A DNA stretch of 51,663 bases from Candidatus Micrarchaeota archaeon (GTDB lineage: Archaea > Micrarchaeota > Micrarchaeia > Norongarragalinales > UBA8480): assembly GCA_023247085.1 (NCBI GenBank), contig JAHFHC010000005.1:1-51663 (forward strand), read 5' to 3'. How positions within the stretch are numbered: position 1 is the stretch's first letter; the number at the start of each line of letters is the position of its first letter. Made by a program: the position numbers and the translations under genes. The notes under the pieces are model-generated. The model searched no databases, was not told where the DNA came from, and saw nothing but the letters and a program-made list of their open reading frames with translations. Below, in pieces: positions 38,260 to 48,395 of this stretch.

Positions 38260-39180
38260 ATGGCATTCATTCGGCGGAAAAAAAAAGGTAATACATTCTA
38301 CTATGAGTTAGTGGAAACCTTGCGGGAAAAAGACAAGATAAAACAGAGGGTATTGCAATATTTTCCAACGCTTGAAACGGCTAACCTTTACTGCGAGGAA
38401 AAGGGAATTAGAAAAATAGAAACGAAACTTTTAATTTCTCCAGCACTTGAAAAGCGATTAGATGGAAAACTAGCAGAATTAAACAAAGCACGACCATTGC
38501 CACGAGAAGTTGTTATTAACCTGCGCGACAAGTTCGAAATCGACATGACTTACAATTCCAACGCAATCGAAGGAAACACGCTGACATTACGTGAAACTTG
38601 GCTAGTTGTAAGGAAAGGAATAACAATCGGCGGCAAATCATTGCAGGAGCACTTGGAAGCAAAGAATCACGTTGAGGCGCTTCAAAGATTATTTGAACTT
38701 GTTGACGCTAAACGCACCATAACCGAAAATGATATCCTAAACTTACATACGCTTATTCTTGACAAAATAAATCCGCTATTTTCAGGCCAGTATCGGGACA
38801 GGCAAGTGTACATTTCAGGCTCTAGCCATGTGCCGCCAGCAGCTAGTGAAGTTCCAAAATTGGCGAAAAAAATAGTAGACGAACTGAACAATCGAGATAA
38901 AAAAACGAAAGCAGTTATCTCGGCCTCACGCGTCCATTATCTCGTTGCACAGATTCACCCATTCGTAGATGGAAATGGGAGGCTGGCAAGGCTACTTTTG
39001 AACTTAAGGTTGATGCGTGCTGGTTTTCCGCCAATTGTGCTGGAAAAAACTCAGCGTAAAAGTTACTATACTGCGTTGGAAAAAGCAGATGATGGCGACC
39101 AATACCCGATAACATCTATGATAGGGAAAAACGTCGAAAAAACACTGGATCTTTACCTGACCGCAGTTAAAGGTAAATGA
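38260..39180 (+). CDS. Fic-domain protein (AMPylase-type)
   Basis: Canonical HPFVDGNGRLAR, TYNSNAIEGNTL; basic N-terminal FIRRKKKGNTFYYELVE extension. Confidence 0.92.
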   Translation: MAFIRRKKKGNTFYYELVETLREKDKIKQRVLQYFPTLETANLYCEEKGIRKIETKLLISPALEKRLDGKLAELNKARPLPREVVINLRDKFEIDMTYNSNAIEGNTLTLRETWLVVRKGITIGGKSLQEHLEAKNHVEALQRLFELVDAKRTITENDILNLHTLILDKINPLFSGQYRDRQVYISGSSHVPPAASEVPKLAKKIVDELNNRDKKTKAVISASRVHYLVAQIHPFVDGNGRLARLLLNLRLMRAGFPPIVLEKTQRKSYYTALEKADDGDQYPITSMIGKNVEKTLDLYLTAVKGK

Positions 39181-39239
39181 CTGTAGAAATAAAAGAAGAG
39201 GTTAAATACTTCTCTGCTTTTCTTTTTTTCGATATTTAA

Positions 39240-42200
39240 ATGGTTGGCGAATTTGTTGTAAAGCAAGAAGGAAACAAGCGGTTGCTTATTATTGACTATA
39301 AGGGCGCTAGTGTTTCGCCGGATTTAGCGGCGTATCCGCAAGTGATGCGCGACGTTATACAGAAACTACAGACTAATGAAGCTGATGAAGTTGTTTTGTC
39401 TGAATATTATGAGCGGATTTACAATGAAGAGCAAACTGCGATGCTTCGCGGTATTGCGGATTTAGTTACGAAACTTGAAACTGAAACAGTTTGGAGCCCA
39501 TCGCACTTGGGCACTAATTATTCGGATAAGAAAACTCTTTCAGCTCGCCACGATGTTGTACTTGGAATTTTCAATGAAACACTCGTGGATCCGTTTGCAG
39601 CGTACATGGAATTAATCAAGATACTAAAAGAAGAAACGGCGGAGTTGCATAAAACTCAAGAGGCTGGCGATGAAAAAGGAGTTGAAGATGTAAAAGTTTA
39701 CATTGGCACGCTGCAGTTCATGAAGAACTTATTTGATTTAACGTCAATGATTAAACGTAGCAAACAATATCTTGCTCAACTAGGCAAGTTGCCTGAAGGC
39801 AGGGCGGTTTATCACTCGTTGTTCGAAAGTGCAATTAAGCCATCATTTATCGGCAGCAGAATTTTCTTCACTGGAACTGAAACACTTGAATTAGTTGACC
39901 AGTACGAAGTGCTATCATCTAAAGTTTACATTTACAAACACCCGGAAAAAATCGAGTATTTGTATTACATTAATCCGCCCGAATACACTTTACCGCCAGA
40001 GAAATATTTCCTCTTGCAAAAGACAAAAGAAGTTGTTGCAGGCCATCGTCCAACGAGTGTTGGGTTCATGGACATGGAACAGGCACGCAAGTACTTCCGC
40101 AAAATTTACGTTGCCACTATAACTGACCTCGCCAATCAAAATAACATAAACCTCAGCGTAGAGGAAAAAGAAGAATTGGCAACAATTGTTTCGCGTTACA
40201 CAATTGGCTACGGTATTCTTGAATTACTTTTATCAGACCGGCAGCTTACTGACGTGTACATTGACTCGCCACTTGGTAGTAAACCAATTTATCTAGTGCA
40301 TTCAAAGTACGGCCAATGTCAAACGAACATTATTTTTTCTGAAGAGGAAGCCAAGTCAACAGTATCTCGATTTAGAGCATTGTCTGGCAGGCCGTTTGAC
40401 GAAGCACACCCTATTCTTGACTTTGACTTAGCGGACTTGCAAACACGCATAGCTGCAATTGGAAAACCACTTGCGGTTGACGGCACTGCATTTGCACTTC
40501 GTTTACACAAGGACACACCGTGGACACTTGCACAATTTGTTGACTTTAAAATGATGCCGCCACTAGCTGCGGGCATACTATCCTTCTTCGTTGACGCACA
40601 AGCGTCAATGTTGATAGTTGGAAGCAGAGGTAGTGGAAAGACAAGCATGTTGCAGGCATTGATGCAAGAAATTCCACAGAACTTGAGGATAATTGTCCAA
40701 GAAGACAGCGTTACAGGCGATTCCCAAATTGTTGTTGAACGCAACAGTAGACTTGAAAGAACTACTGTCGGCGAATTAATTGACGGATTAATTTCCAAAG
40801 GAGAAAAAATTGACATCAGCGGTAAAGAAATCGTGCCAGTGAACTCGGAAAACGTAAAGGTATTTTCGTTAAATAAGCAAGGAAAAATGCAGCTAACTGA
40901 AGTGAGTCAGTTCACACGCCATAAAGTTAACAAAGATATTTACGAGGTTAAAACTAGGAGCGGTCGGTGCATAAAGGTTACTCAAGATCATTCACTATTT
41001 ACAATAGGCGTAAATGGATTAGAAACCGTAAAACCAACTGAGCTCCAAGCAGGTTCATTCGTCGCAATTCCGAGCAAGTTACCAAATTCACAGCAAAATA
41101 TCCAAACAATCAACGTTGTCGATAAGTTGCCTTCAACTGCGTTTGTCTATATGCCTTTCGAAGGAATTGACCTAGTAAATTTAAAAGAAATCGCAAAGAA
41201 ACAAGGGTATTCAAAAACCACCCCAAGCGCATGGAAAAGATCAGGATTATTACCAATCTCAATAGCTAGAGAACTTAACTTGATTGAACGCACCACGCAC
41301 TTCAAAATAGATAATACCTCCACACCAATTCCAGTTGAAATTAAAATAGATGAACAACTAGCCACAGTCGCTGGCTTGTGGCTTGCCGACGGTTGCTACG
41401 ACGGCAAATATGCTTTAATATTATCAGTTGATGACGAAGAGAGCAGAACAGTAGTCAAAAACTTCGCCAAACAACTTGGGCTAAAGACTAGAATGCATAC
41501 TGATAAAGTTTCTCTTATAATTTCAAATACAAATCTAGTATTTCTATTCAAAGAAGTGCTTGGCTTACTGGGCAATTCTTATACTAAAAAATTCCCGCAG
41601 TGGGCATTTAATTTGGGAAGGCTCGAATTAGCAGGATTACTCCGCGGACTTTACAGTGGAGACGGCACAGTTTCTGCAAATGAAATAGTATACACTAGTT
41701 GTTCTCCAAATCTGATAAAGGACACGCAGCATGCGTTGAGTACCTTTGAAATAATCCCAAGATATCACACAGTAGAACGGGATAAAACTATACATTTACG
41801 AATTGGAGAAGTGGAACTACAAAAGAAATTTCAAGAAATTAATTTCTTACAAAGCTACAAACAAACGCGCTTGGCTAATCTATGCGCACGTATGAGCACA
41901 CACGCCACAACAAACGTAGTGCCACTCCCACACAAACTACTGGAAATTCTCAGCGGACAAGTGGCTACTTTCAACAGAAACGATTACATTTCACGTGGAA
42001 ACAAGCTTGGAAAACAAAAGCTTTCAAGCTACTTAGAACAAGCACAAGGATCTCCCGGAATAGAAGTAATTAGGAAAATACTAAATAGCGAAGTCTACTG
42101 GGATGAAGTAATTGAAGTTAAACAAGCACTGCACACCGGAACCTACGTATACGACTTTTCAGTTCCAGAATGTGAAAACTTCGTCTGCGAGAACATAATT

Positions 42201-43016
42201 GCACACAACACGCAAGAACTTCCCATTCCACAACTCAAGCAACTTGGATTTAATGTACAACGCTTGAAAACTAGGCCGCCATTGGGTGCACAAAGTGAGG
42301 CTGAAGTAAGTGCTGAAGATGCACTTCGCACTGCACTGCGTCTCGGTGACTCCGTGTTAATCGTTGGAGAAGTACGGTCAGGAGAAGCAAAAGCATTATA
42401 CGAAGCTATGCGAGTCGGTGCAGTTGGAAACGTAGTTATGGGCACAATTCACGGTGAAAGCGCATATTCAATTTGGGACCGAGTTGTAAACGACTTAGGC
42501 GTACCAACAACGTCGTTTAAAGCAACGGATATGACAATTGTTGCTGCACCTATTCGCTTTAAAGGGTCGTTAAAGCGCTATCGCAGATTAATTGAAATCA
42601 CTGAAGTGAAAAAGAATTGGAATGATGACCCCGGACGAGAAAATGGGTTTTTGAACTGGATGTTATTCGACGCAAATAAAGACAACCTCGAGTTCTTCAA
42701 AGATGAAGTGAAGGAAAGCGAGTGGATTAAGAAAGTGATGCGTAACCGCGGGTTGAAATATGAAGACGTGTGGAACGAAATCGTAACACGTGCAGCGAGC
42801 AAACAATACTTAATAGATGTGAAAAACAAGCACAATATTCCAAAGATACTTGAAGCAGATAATACTATTCGCGCGCATACAAAACTAATGATACTTGCTG
42901 AAAAGCACCGCGAAGAATTCGGTAAACTTGACCACAAACAAGTATTAGCAGACTGGCAAGAGTGGGTTGACAGCGTGCTAGTAAAACAAGTAATTGGATT
43001 GAAAACTCTCGGGTAA
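39240..43016 (+). CDS. Type II/IV secretion system ATPase (VirB11/TadA/ArlI family), intein-containing
   Basis: Walker A GSRGSGKT, Asp box ED|T.EL split by the intein, Walker B LIVGEVR, His box GTIHGES; 757 aa after removing the intein. Confidence 0.93.
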   Translation: MVGEFVVKQEGNKRLLIIDYKGASVSPDLAAYPQVMRDVIQKLQTNEADEVVLSEYYERIYNEEQTAMLRGIADLVTKLETETVWSPSHLGTNYSDKKTLSARHDVVLGIFNETLVDPFAAYMELIKILKEETAELHKTQEAGDEKGVEDVKVYIGTLQFMKNLFDLTSMIKRSKQYLAQLGKLPEGRAVYHSLFESAIKPSFIGSRIFFTGTETLELVDQYEVLSSKVYIYKHPEKIEYLYYINPPEYTLPPEKYFLLQKTKEVVAGHRPTSVGFMDMEQARKYFRKIYVATITDLANQNNINLSVEEKEELATIVSRYTIGYGILELLLSDRQLTDVYIDSPLGSKPIYLVHSKYGQCQTNIIFSEEEAKSTVSRFRALSGRPFDEAHPILDFDLADLQTRIAAIGKPLAVDGTAFALRLHKDTPWTLAQFVDFKMMPPLAAGILSFFVDAQASMLIVGSRGSGKTSMLQALMQEIPQNLRIIVQEDSVTGDSQIVVERNSRLERTTVGELIDGLISKGEKIDISGKEIVPVNSENVKVFSLNKQGKMQLTEVSQFTRHKVNKDIYEVKTRSGRCIKVTQDHSLFTIGVNGLETVKPTELQAGSFVAIPSKLPNSQQNIQTINVVDKLPSTAFVYMPFEGIDLVNLKEIAKKQGYSKTTPSAWKRSGLLPISIARELNLIERTTHFKIDNTSTPIPVEIKIDEQLATVAGLWLADGCYDGKYALILSVDDEESRTVVKNFAKQLGLKTRMHTDKVSLIISNTNLVFLFKEVLGLLGNSYTKKFPQWAFNLGRLELAGLLRGLYSGDGTVSANEIVYTSCSPNLIKDTQHALSTFEIIPRYHTVERDKTIHLRIGEVELQKKFQEINFLQSYKQTRLANLCARMSTHATTNVVPLPHKLLEILSGQVATFNRNDYISRGNKLGKQKLSSYLEQAQGSPGIEVIRKILNSEVYWDEVIEVKQALHTGTYVYDFSVPECENFVCENIIAHNTQELPIPQLKQLGFNVQRLKTRPPLGAQSEAEVSAEDALRTALRLGDSVLIVGEVRSGEAKALYEAMRVGAVGNVVMGTIHGESAYSIWDRVVNDLGVPTTSFKATDMTIVAAPIRFKGSLKRYRRLIEITEVKKNWNDDPGRENGFLNWMLFDANKDNLEFFKDEVKESEWIKKVMRNRGLKYEDVWNEIVTRAASKQYLIDVKNKHNIPKILEADNTIRAHTKLMILAEKHREEFGKLDHKQVLADWQEWVDSVLVKQVIGLKTLG
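40707..42209 (+). mobile_element. Intein (501 aa) with LAGLIDADG homing endonuclease
   Basis: Starts SVTGDS after QED; block B IKVTQDHSLF; GLWLADG and GLYSGDG LAGLIDADG motifs; ends YVYDFSV...NFVCENIIAHN followed by Thr. Confidence 0.93.
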
Positions 43017-43022
43017 TCAATT

Positions 43023-43409
43023 ATGACACTTGAACCTTGGCATTTGAAAGCGGCAAAGGAGTTCAAAGGCGAAATTCAACCAATGATAAAGCCTAAACAC
43101 CACACGCCCTACGGGCACAGAGTACATAGTGTTGAACACGCGCCGCATTTTATTACATTTAGCGTGGTAAAGGGCAAAGCAATTGCGAGTGTCAGTAAGA
43201 TGAGATTCGGTTCAACTCGCGCGCTTGTAACAATACACCTGGATGGAAGTATACACGCTCTTGGCGAAAGGATGAGCGACTTAAAGACGCTAGCAGAATT
43301 GGAAAGAATAAAAAAACGTGCAACACGCGTTAAGGACATTCCAGCTTTAATTGCAACTGCAAAAGCGGCATACGTTGCTTTGGAAAAACATAGCCCAAAG
43401 TCAAAGTGA
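43023..43409 (+). CDS. Small basic hypothetical protein inserted in the pilus operon
   Basis: 128-aa ORF filling the gap between ATPase and platform genes; N-terminus MTLEPWHLKAAKEF resembles MAIEPEEIRKATEF of 49122. Confidence 0.65.
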   Translation: MTLEPWHLKAAKEFKGEIQPMIKPKHHTPYGHRVHSVEHAPHFITFSVVKGKAIASVSKMRFGSTRALVTIHLDGSIHALGERMSDLKTLAELERIKKRATRVKDIPALIATAKAAYVALEKHSPKSK

Positions 43410-43477
43410 AAAATTAGGGGAATACACGTAGAGCTAAAGTAACTAACTATTTATACGTCGCTTGAATTGTTATTCGT

Positions 43478-45568
43478 ATGCCAATTAAGCGTACTGAATC
43501 AAAAGGACTGTATAGTGGAGACAAGGCAATTAAGCAGTACGTTGAGAGGCCACGCGTGGATTGGTTTGTCAAGTTCGTGAACTTTTCCAAGAAGTACTTT
43601 TCTTCGTACGGTAAAGGGGCAAAGTTAACAATTGAACAACGCGAATTGTTCGATTTTTTAAGTTATAAAGTTACAGCTGAAGAGTTCAGGGCAGCTGAGA
43701 TAGGCGCAATGATCGTTGGGTTAATTGCCACGATTTTTGCAGTGTTCGTAGCTGCGCTTATTCTAGGTACAGAGAGCCCAATATTTTTCATAGCCGCTTT
43801 GATTTGCTTTATTTTTCCACTTATTGGGTTCATGTTAATTGCGTATCACCCGCAGCAGGAAGCGAAGCGTGAACAGACGCTAGCACTTGGGTACGTTTCG
43901 GAGATTGTTAATTATATTATTTCAAGCATGCGGTTGACGCCAAACTTGGAAAAAGCAATTGAGTTCACTGCTTCGCACGGCAGGGGAAAAATTGCAGATG
44001 ATATGAAGAAGTTAATTTGGGATGTGCAAATTGGAAAATGTTCGTCTGTAGAAGAGGGTTTAGATGAATTGGCTTACAAGTGGGGCAAGTATAATGACGA
44101 TTTCAAACAAGCTTTGATGTTGATTCGCGCTAGTGTGCTTGAGGCGGATACAGCGAAGCGAGAGGCGCTGCTTGAAAAAGCTTCTGAAGATGTGCTTGAA
44201 GGAAGCAAAGAGAAAATGGATCGCTATGCTAGAGAGTTATCGCAGCCAACAGTTTACTTGTATTATTTTGGCGTGTTGCTTCCGTTGATGTTGGCAATTG
44301 TGCTTCCAATTGGCGGGACTCTTTCAGGTGGAAGTTTTGCACTTGCTAAACCAGAGATACTTGCATTGATTTACTTAGTTGGGTTACCGCTCGGGTTATT
44401 TGCACTTGGGTCAAATATTTTGGGTAATCGACCGCCGACATATATACCACCAGATGTTGATGAAAATTTCCCAGGGTTACCTGCAAAAGGAACGATGAAA
44501 ATTGGCGGCGCAAGTATTCCAATTATGCCAGTTGCAATTCTTGTTTTCATCGCAACGTTATTTATTGGGTTTACATTAGACCAGGCAATTACAGTTAGTC
44601 CTACCCCGATGTTCGAGCGGGCTGAATTACTAGCGGCAAAGCCACATATTGAACTATTTGGAAATACGGCTGAACAATTGTTCATTGGCCTCTTTTCGAT
44701 TTTGTCAGCAATTGTAGGTGCAGCGCTTGCAATTTCAGTTTACTTATATGGAACTTATAGTGCTCGAAAGAAAATCCAAGACGATATTCGAGTTATGGAA
44801 GGAGAGTTTAAAGACGCGATTTATGTTCTTGCTAGTCGACTTGGAGAAAACAGACCTTTAGAAGACGCGTTGAAGCACGCAGTTGAATTCTTGCCTAATA
44901 GTAAAATTGCAAGTAGAATATTTCGCAAAACGCTGGACAACATTACAACTATGGGAATGACTATTGATGATGCGGTTTTTGACCCTAATTTTGGTGCATT
45001 AAAAAACGTACCTTCGCGAATGCTAGGGAGCGGCATGCGTATGACAATTGATTCAATTGGACTCGGGGTAAATGTAGCCGCCAAGTCATTAATTGGCTTA
45101 GCGCTTCAGTTACGCAACGCTGAAAAAATTGATTTGCTTCTACGCAACTTATTGTCAAGCGTAACTTCAATGTTGAAAACAATGGGCACATTTATTGCGC
45201 CAATTGTACTTGGAGTTGTCACGAGCTTACAAAGTGTGATTGTTAAAGCAATGTCGTCAAACTGTGCGTCAGATGCAAGTGCACAAACTGCAACTCCGGG
45301 CGTAAGTGGGTTTGGCGGCGCTAGTAACTTAAGTTCAATGTTTTGTAAAAAAGGGGCTGAATCATCTTCAGCTGACCCTGCAACATTTACATTGATAATG
45401 GGAATTTACGTGCTAGAAGTGGTTATTTTACTCACTTATTTCAACTCGCAAGTTGAAGATTCAAACAATAAACTACACACTTACATTGCAATTTCAAAAG
45501 CCTTGCCAATTGCGACGCTTATATTTTCAGCAGTGGCCTACTTTGCAGGAACAAGCATTGGCGGCTAA
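43478..45568 (+). CDS. Type II secretion F-family / fused TadB-TadC-like membrane platform protein
   Basis: Two cytoplasmic domains (SMRLTPNLEKAI; SRLGENRPLEDAL) each followed by TM bundles; downstream of the secretion ATPase. Confidence 0.85.
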   Translation: MPIKRTESKGLYSGDKAIKQYVERPRVDWFVKFVNFSKKYFSSYGKGAKLTIEQRELFDFLSYKVTAEEFRAAEIGAMIVGLIATIFAVFVAALILGTESPIFFIAALICFIFPLIGFMLIAYHPQQEAKREQTLALGYVSEIVNYIISSMRLTPNLEKAIEFTASHGRGKIADDMKKLIWDVQIGKCSSVEEGLDELAYKWGKYNDDFKQALMLIRASVLEADTAKREALLEKASEDVLEGSKEKMDRYARELSQPTVYLYYFGVLLPLMLAIVLPIGGTLSGGSFALAKPEILALIYLVGLPLGLFALGSNILGNRPPTYIPPDVDENFPGLPAKGTMKIGGASIPIMPVAILVFIATLFIGFTLDQAITVSPTPMFERAELLAAKPHIELFGNTAEQLFIGLFSILSAIVGAALAISVYLYGTYSARKKIQDDIRVMEGEFKDAIYVLASRLGENRPLEDALKHAVEFLPNSKIASRIFRKTLDNITTMGMTIDDAVFDPNFGALKNVPSRMLGSGMRMTIDSIGLGVNVAAKSLIGLALQLRNAEKIDLLLRNLLSSVTSMLKTMGTFIAPIVLGVVTSLQSVIVKAMSSNCASDASAQTATPGVSGFGGASNLSSMFCKKGAESSSADPATFTLIMGIYVLEVVILLTYFNSQVEDSNNKLHTYIAISKALPIATLIFSAVAYFAGTSIGG

Positions 45569-45655
45569 CCCAACGATTAAAGAGATTAAACGCGCGCGAG
45601 AGTTAAGGTTATAAAACCCGGCAAAGTAATACGATTAACGTACGGTGATCTTCGC

Positions 45656-46153
45656 ATGAAATTTATACAAAGAAAAAAACCAAGAACTTTAAGGGGACAG
45701 GCATTTGAAACAATGATGCTAGTTATCAGCGTAATTGTCGCACTTGCTATTCTTGGAGTTTTGCTTGGGATTTTAAACACGTTTAGCTTCAGTGGAAGCG
45801 ATGCTGAACAAGTGTTTAAAGAGGAGTTGAAAAAAGTTGGTGGAAGCTATTCGCCAGGTACAACGCCTAGAGACGCGACTATGAAAGCAGGAAAAACAAT
45901 CAACGCAAGAGTAGTTACTGAAGATACAACCGTTTTGCAAGATACAGTTAAATTTATAGTGGCTTCGGAATTAAACGACGCAATAGAAACAGTTGATGGC
46001 GACAAGGCCGTTAGAGCAAAGAGGGACGTTAAAGTTACTTTTTCAGTTTGTGGAGACCCGTTGCTTGGAAGCGCAGGGGTTTATGTGATCAGCATTGCGC
46101 CTGAAAAGAGGGGCACAAACGCAATAGATGCTTGTCTAGCCGCACTTCATTAA
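45656..46153 (+). CDS. Class III signal peptide (pilin-like) protein
   Basis: TLRG/QAFETMMLVISVIVALAILGVLLGIL; GGTGA SD upstream. Confidence 0.85.
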   Translation: MKFIQRKKPRTLRGQAFETMMLVISVIVALAILGVLLGILNTFSFSGSDAEQVFKEELKKVGGSYSPGTTPRDATMKAGKTINARVVTEDTTVLQDTVKFIVASELNDAIETVDGDKAVRAKRDVKVTFSVCGDPLLGSAGVYVISIAPEKRGTNAIDACLAALH

Positions 46154-46171
46154 AAAAGACCGGATAATAAA

Positions 46172-46387
46172 ATGAATTTTTTTTCACTTTTTAAAAAACG
46201 CAAAGGCGCAAGCGAGTGGTCTTCGATTTACTTGCTTGTTGTCGTTGTAATTGGAGTTATTTTGCTAGTTACTCTTGTTAAGCCAACGTTGAACGCTGCA
46301 GCTAATGCAGCAACAGGCGGGGGGCAAGAGGCAAAGGCAATAGCTGCAATCGGACCAGTACTCTATAGTAAATTAAAAGGCAAGTAA
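46172..46387 (+). CDS. Small pilin-like protein (Flp-sized)
   Basis: KKRKG/ASEWSSIYLLVVVVIGVILLVTLV. Confidence 0.75.
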   Translation: MNFFSLFKKRKGASEWSSIYLLVVVVIGVILLVTLVKPTLNAAANAATGGGQEAKAIAAIGPVLYSKLKGK

Positions 46388-46426
46388 CCCGCTTGGAATA
46401 AAAAGCTCCGAGCACTAATTTTTCCC

Positions 46427-47164
46427 ATGTCGAAGACTATTGAATTCAAGACGTGCAGAGTGAAACGTCGACACGAGTGGCTTTCACGTGGGCAGGCAAG
46501 TGCGCCAATTGAACTCGTTGTTGCGGTTATAATCTTAGTTGCTAGTATGGGCTTGGCGTTTACAGTGTTGCAAAGCACGCAGAGCGCGCAGTGTATTGAT
46601 AAGACAAAAAGTCAAATGCGCGGCTTGGAAGCAGTTATGCTAGACGTTGCACTTGGTTCCCCTTCAACGTTGCGGGAAACTAAACTAGAATTATCCTCAT
46701 GTGGAGCGGATAGTATTGAAGCGATTAGAATTGTTTATTATGATTCACCTAGCTATTGCGCGAAGTGTTCAACTAGCGCGGCTGGTTGTTGGAAAATTGA
46801 ACCGCTTGCGTATAGGGCTTCTGAAAAAGAATATTTTGTTGTGCCAGACGCGGTTATTTGTGTTAACAACATGCCTGGCCGAGTCCTCCTAGAAGCTGAT
46901 GAAGACTCGTGTTCATCTTCTGGGCTTATTTCAACACCTCACACGTCAGGCGAAGCAGGTTGTCCGGTGAATGTAAAAGATCACAAGAGCATCAACTGCG
47001 GTTTGCCTCCGACGTTGTCGAGTTTATCGAATAGTAAATTATTAACTATGGGCAAAGCACCTGGAGAGACGCAGTACACGGTCAGGATTGCAAAGGCTTT
47101 TGACACTGCTTCTGGAGACCCGCGGCTAAAAATATGCTTTATGGGTAAAGAGCAAGTGACTTGA
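46427..47164 (+). CDS. Cys-rich class III signal peptide (pilin-like) protein
   Basis: SRG/QASAPIELVVAVIILVASMGLAF; start codon uncertain. Confidence 0.8.
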   Translation: MSKTIEFKTCRVKRRHEWLSRGQASAPIELVVAVIILVASMGLAFTVLQSTQSAQCIDKTKSQMRGLEAVMLDVALGSPSTLRETKLELSSCGADSIEAIRIVYYDSPSYCAKCSTSAAGCWKIEPLAYRASEKEYFVVPDAVICVNNMPGRVLLEADEDSCSSSGLISTPHTSGEAGCPVNVKDHKSINCGLPPTLSSLSNSKLLTMGKAPGETQYTVRIAKAFDTASGDPRLKICFMGKEQVT

Positions 47165-47169
47165 ATTAC

Positions 47170-47826
47170 ATGACAAACATTTGGGGCAAGTGTAGAAAAC
47201 GTTCAACGAAAAGTAAGGGGCAGTTGGAGCTTAACATCTTGACTAAAATGGCAATGCTTTTTTTCATAATTTCGCTTTCTTTTATTGCACTTAACATCAG
47301 CAATACCGAGAAAAGCGCGCTGTGTGGCGAACAGGCGTTAGCAACTGGAAAAATAATTGCTTCAGATATTAATCAAGCATTATCTGCACCAGTTGAAGAC
47401 GTGCGTATTGTTTACAAGTTCGAGCAGACAATTGCAGTTAGCAAAGATAAATTTGGAGAACGGTACGAAGTGTTGCTTGCAGAGCATGAAAATCCAGCGT
47501 CAACTCAATTCAGCGTCATTGTTAAGCCAAGCAGCGACGTTAATTGCGAGCGCAGAGTAAATTTGCTTTACGATAAGTCAAAAGTACAAACTGAATTTTT
47601 TGAAAATGGTAATCCGGTTGTTTTGCAAAGCGGGATTTCTCCTGGCGAAGACGTAGCTGTACTTAAACCATCTGACCGCGATTTAAATAAGCGCGCTAAG
47701 TTTCTCGTTATTTTAAAATGTACTGATAAAAGCGCAGGGCCAGGCGGAATAGTTCACGTGAAGTTTGACAACTGTGAGAATCCAGATGCGAGTGCGTGTA
47801 GCCCTATTACAGCGTGTGGTGCTTGA
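47170..47826 (+). CDS. Class III signal peptide (pilin-like) protein
   Basis: KSKG/QLELNILTKMAMLFFIISLSFIAL; C-terminal Cys cluster. Confidence 0.8.
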   Translation: MTNIWGKCRKRSTKSKGQLELNILTKMAMLFFIISLSFIALNISNTEKSALCGEQALATGKIIASDINQALSAPVEDVRIVYKFEQTIAVSKDKFGERYEVLLAEHENPASTQFSVIVKPSSDVNCERRVNLLYDKSKVQTEFFENGNPVVLQSGISPGEDVAVLKPSDRDLNKRAKFLVILKCTDKSAGPGGIVHVKFDNCENPDASACSPITACGA

Positions 47827-47828
47827 AA

Positions 47829-48395
47829 ATGAAGCGTGGATTTATTGGACCAATTGGCGATGATATACCTAGCATATTTCCGATTGTTGCTGGAATGTTA
47901 TTGTTCATAAGCACTATTTTGTACGCAAACGCGCAAGTAGATGCACGCAATAGCGAATTGTTGCAACAAGAAGCTACGCAGAAACTAGCTTATCTTGCTA
48001 CTCAAAAAGCGTCATTTCAACCAGGCGAATTTCAAAGTATTTGTAAAAACTCATTGCGTGGTTTTGCTGAAAATAATGGGTTGAAATTTGCAGTTGTTGT
48101 TAAAAAGTTTTGTGAAAAGGGGTGTACGCGCTGCGGTAATGGGATTGACTTATTGAATTCAAATGTATTCAACGAAGATGAGATGAGAAACTCGCCAGCG
48201 TTTGACCCCAATTATGTTTGCACTAGCGAAAAGCAGCCAATACTAGATGAGTTTAACGCAGCTAGGCTTGATGTGTCCAACGCACCGAAAGACGCAGTCG
48301 TATTAACGTATCCATTTACAGTGCCTTGTCCGGATGATGCATCTCCAGTGAAAGGATTAGCAACATTAAACGTAATTGTGTGGAAATCAAAATGA
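47829..48395 (+). CDS. Class III signal peptide (pilin-like) protein
   Basis: MKRG/FIGPIGDDIPSIFPIVAGMLLFISTIL; C-terminal L.VIVW strand. Confidence 0.75.
   Translation: MKRGFIGPIGDDIPSIFPIVAGMLLFISTILYANAQVDARNSELLQQEATQKLAYLATQKASFQPGEFQSICKNSLRGFAENNGLKFAVVVKKFCEKGCTRCGNGIDLLNSNVFNEDEMRNSPAFDPNYVCTSEKQPILDEFNAARLDVSNAPKDAVVLTYPFTVPCPDDASPVKGLATLNVIVWKSK

Noticed and set aside
38260-38370. Fic N-terminus resembling the start of IS1634-type transposases
   Set aside because: No DDE domain or terminal repeats bounding an element; the rest of the protein is a complete Fic domain.
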